Below, piece by piece: positions 62,741 to 64,000 of a stretch of 64,000 nucleotides of DNA (its first letter is position 1; each line of letters opens with the position of its first letter). The notes beneath the pieces were generated by a model. It had not been told where the DNA came from and did not search any database. It saw only the letters and a program-made list of their open reading frames with translations. Origin of the DNA: Azolla caroliniana (lineage: Eukaryota > Plantae > Polypodiophyta). The stretch is from NCBI GenBank assembly GCA_043228905.1, contig JBHGNT010000012.1, positions 11,098,001 through 11,162,000 of the forward strand, read 5' to 3'. Position numbers and translations under genes: made by a program.

Positions 62741-63290
62741 TGTTGCCTTCCTCTTTGGAAGCGACACCTTCGATTCCTAACCGGAATTGGACCAAAGGAC
62801 TGTGGTACATGGTGGTCAGATCGCTTTTATGAAACGGAATGACACCCTACAGATTACATAAGAGGAAACCTCAACTATGCATACACGATAGGGAGAGACA
62901 AGTTACTTAACAATTATTAAAAGTGAACAATGACACAAAATAGACCCAACACTGTTTAGATTACGGAATGAGTAGTGATTACAGTTACATGGCTAACTGC
63001 CAGAATGTATCCGATACACTGTAGAAGGATTAATTACGTAGTAACGTTAGAATTCTCCCCTATATATCTCCCCTTTCTTCCTTCGATCTACTACTCCTTA
63101 TATAGATGTTCCTTTGTGTGCTCCTTCTCCTTCCACGTTTTTGGCTGTGTTTATTTTAGCTGCTTCTGATTGCTTTCGGTTGTTTACCTACTGCTACCTA
63201 ATTCCTATTGCGATTCTCATATGTTACTATTTTGGCCCACAAACAACACTTGGCACGCCTGTGGGACAGTGCCTTGGCACGTTGAACCCA
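62741..63290 (-). mobile_element. LTR (62741-63248) of the tRNA-Arg-motif gypsy family with the adjacent tRNA-Arg motif (63251-63267)
   Basis: TGTTG...CAACA termini, CTATATAAGG on the minus strand at ~63097-63106, and TGGCACGCCTGTGGGAC 2 nt from the LTR edge. Confidence 0.7.
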
Positions 63291-63454
63291 ACAAATCAAA
63301 ATTTCCCATTCGTAAAGAAAACGTTGTTGAAATGAATTTAGTATATATTATAGTTAATCCTCGGTCAAAATGTGTGACGTGGAATACGCAGATTAATCTC
63401 CAGCCACAACCGAAGCGTAGATCACTTGATGACAATCAAAACACAGACGAAATG

Positions 63455-63655
63455 GGAATGGTGGTAAGTACACAAGACAGAAAGAGAATACAGAGGATAT
63501 TAACGTGGAAAAACCTAAGAGGGAAAAACCACGGGAGTCCACAGACTCCAAACTATCACTCTGTAAAGAAATACAACATGGAGCACAGAGGCAACGACCT
63601 CTTGCTCACAATCTTCGCCTAGCGGCGGTTACAACAGAGACACAATCTCTGTATA

Positions 63656-63695
<40 letters not shown>

Positions 63696-64000
63696 GCACT
63701 ATACAGAGGTTACACCAATAACTCTATCATCCTTACTATTAAGTTTGCCCTAGGTCATATTTAACTAATATGACTTTCGGGCTATTTACAAATATAGCCC
63801 CAGTGGGCTCTCTGGAACATATTTACATATATGTCCCTTCCATTCGATGAGATGTTCTCACCGGGCCTGCAACATCCGGTTCTCACCGGGTCTTCCGTTG
63901 CCGGGTACTCCACATCCGGTTCTCACCGGGTCTTCCATTATCGGGTACTCCACATCTGGATTCGGCCTCGACCGAGTTGCTCATCAACACTGTTCTTCTC
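63455..64000 (-). mobile_element. Copia LTR related to 34264-35090, reverse orientation, running off the window
   Basis: Reverse complement of GAGAAGAACAGTG..GATGAGCAA..CGAGGCCGAA and GGAGTCTGTGGACTCCCGTGGTTTTTCCCTCT. Confidence 0.88.

Overview
Plant nuclear DNA, probably from a non-seed land plant such as a fern (inferred from the element families). About 80% of the window is nested LTR retrotransposons. They comprise Tcn1/Tf1-like chromoviruses, an aRH-bearing Tat-like gypsy, a non-chromoviral gypsy with an extra 3' ORF, gag-only tRNA-Trp-primed elements and several copia elements. There is also a foldback-like element, a non-autonomous hAT and one host gene, a multi-exon BCP3/BCP4 (MDC1-like) tandem-BRCT gene on the minus strand (about 48.8-54.1 kb). 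Four observations stand out. (1) In a gypsy family, the slot before the 3' LTR that normally holds the polypurine tract holds a copy of a tRNA-Arg 3' end (an inverted PBS), seen at three diverged loci. (2) Chromovirus LTRs carry a Pol III A/B-box tRNA-like cassette in U3. (3) The same chromoviruses show covarying self-priming complementarity and a -1 frameshift/pseudoknot signal. (4) A foldback element has amplified that LTR tRNA-like cassette. All calls are from reading the sequence by eye; no searches were run.
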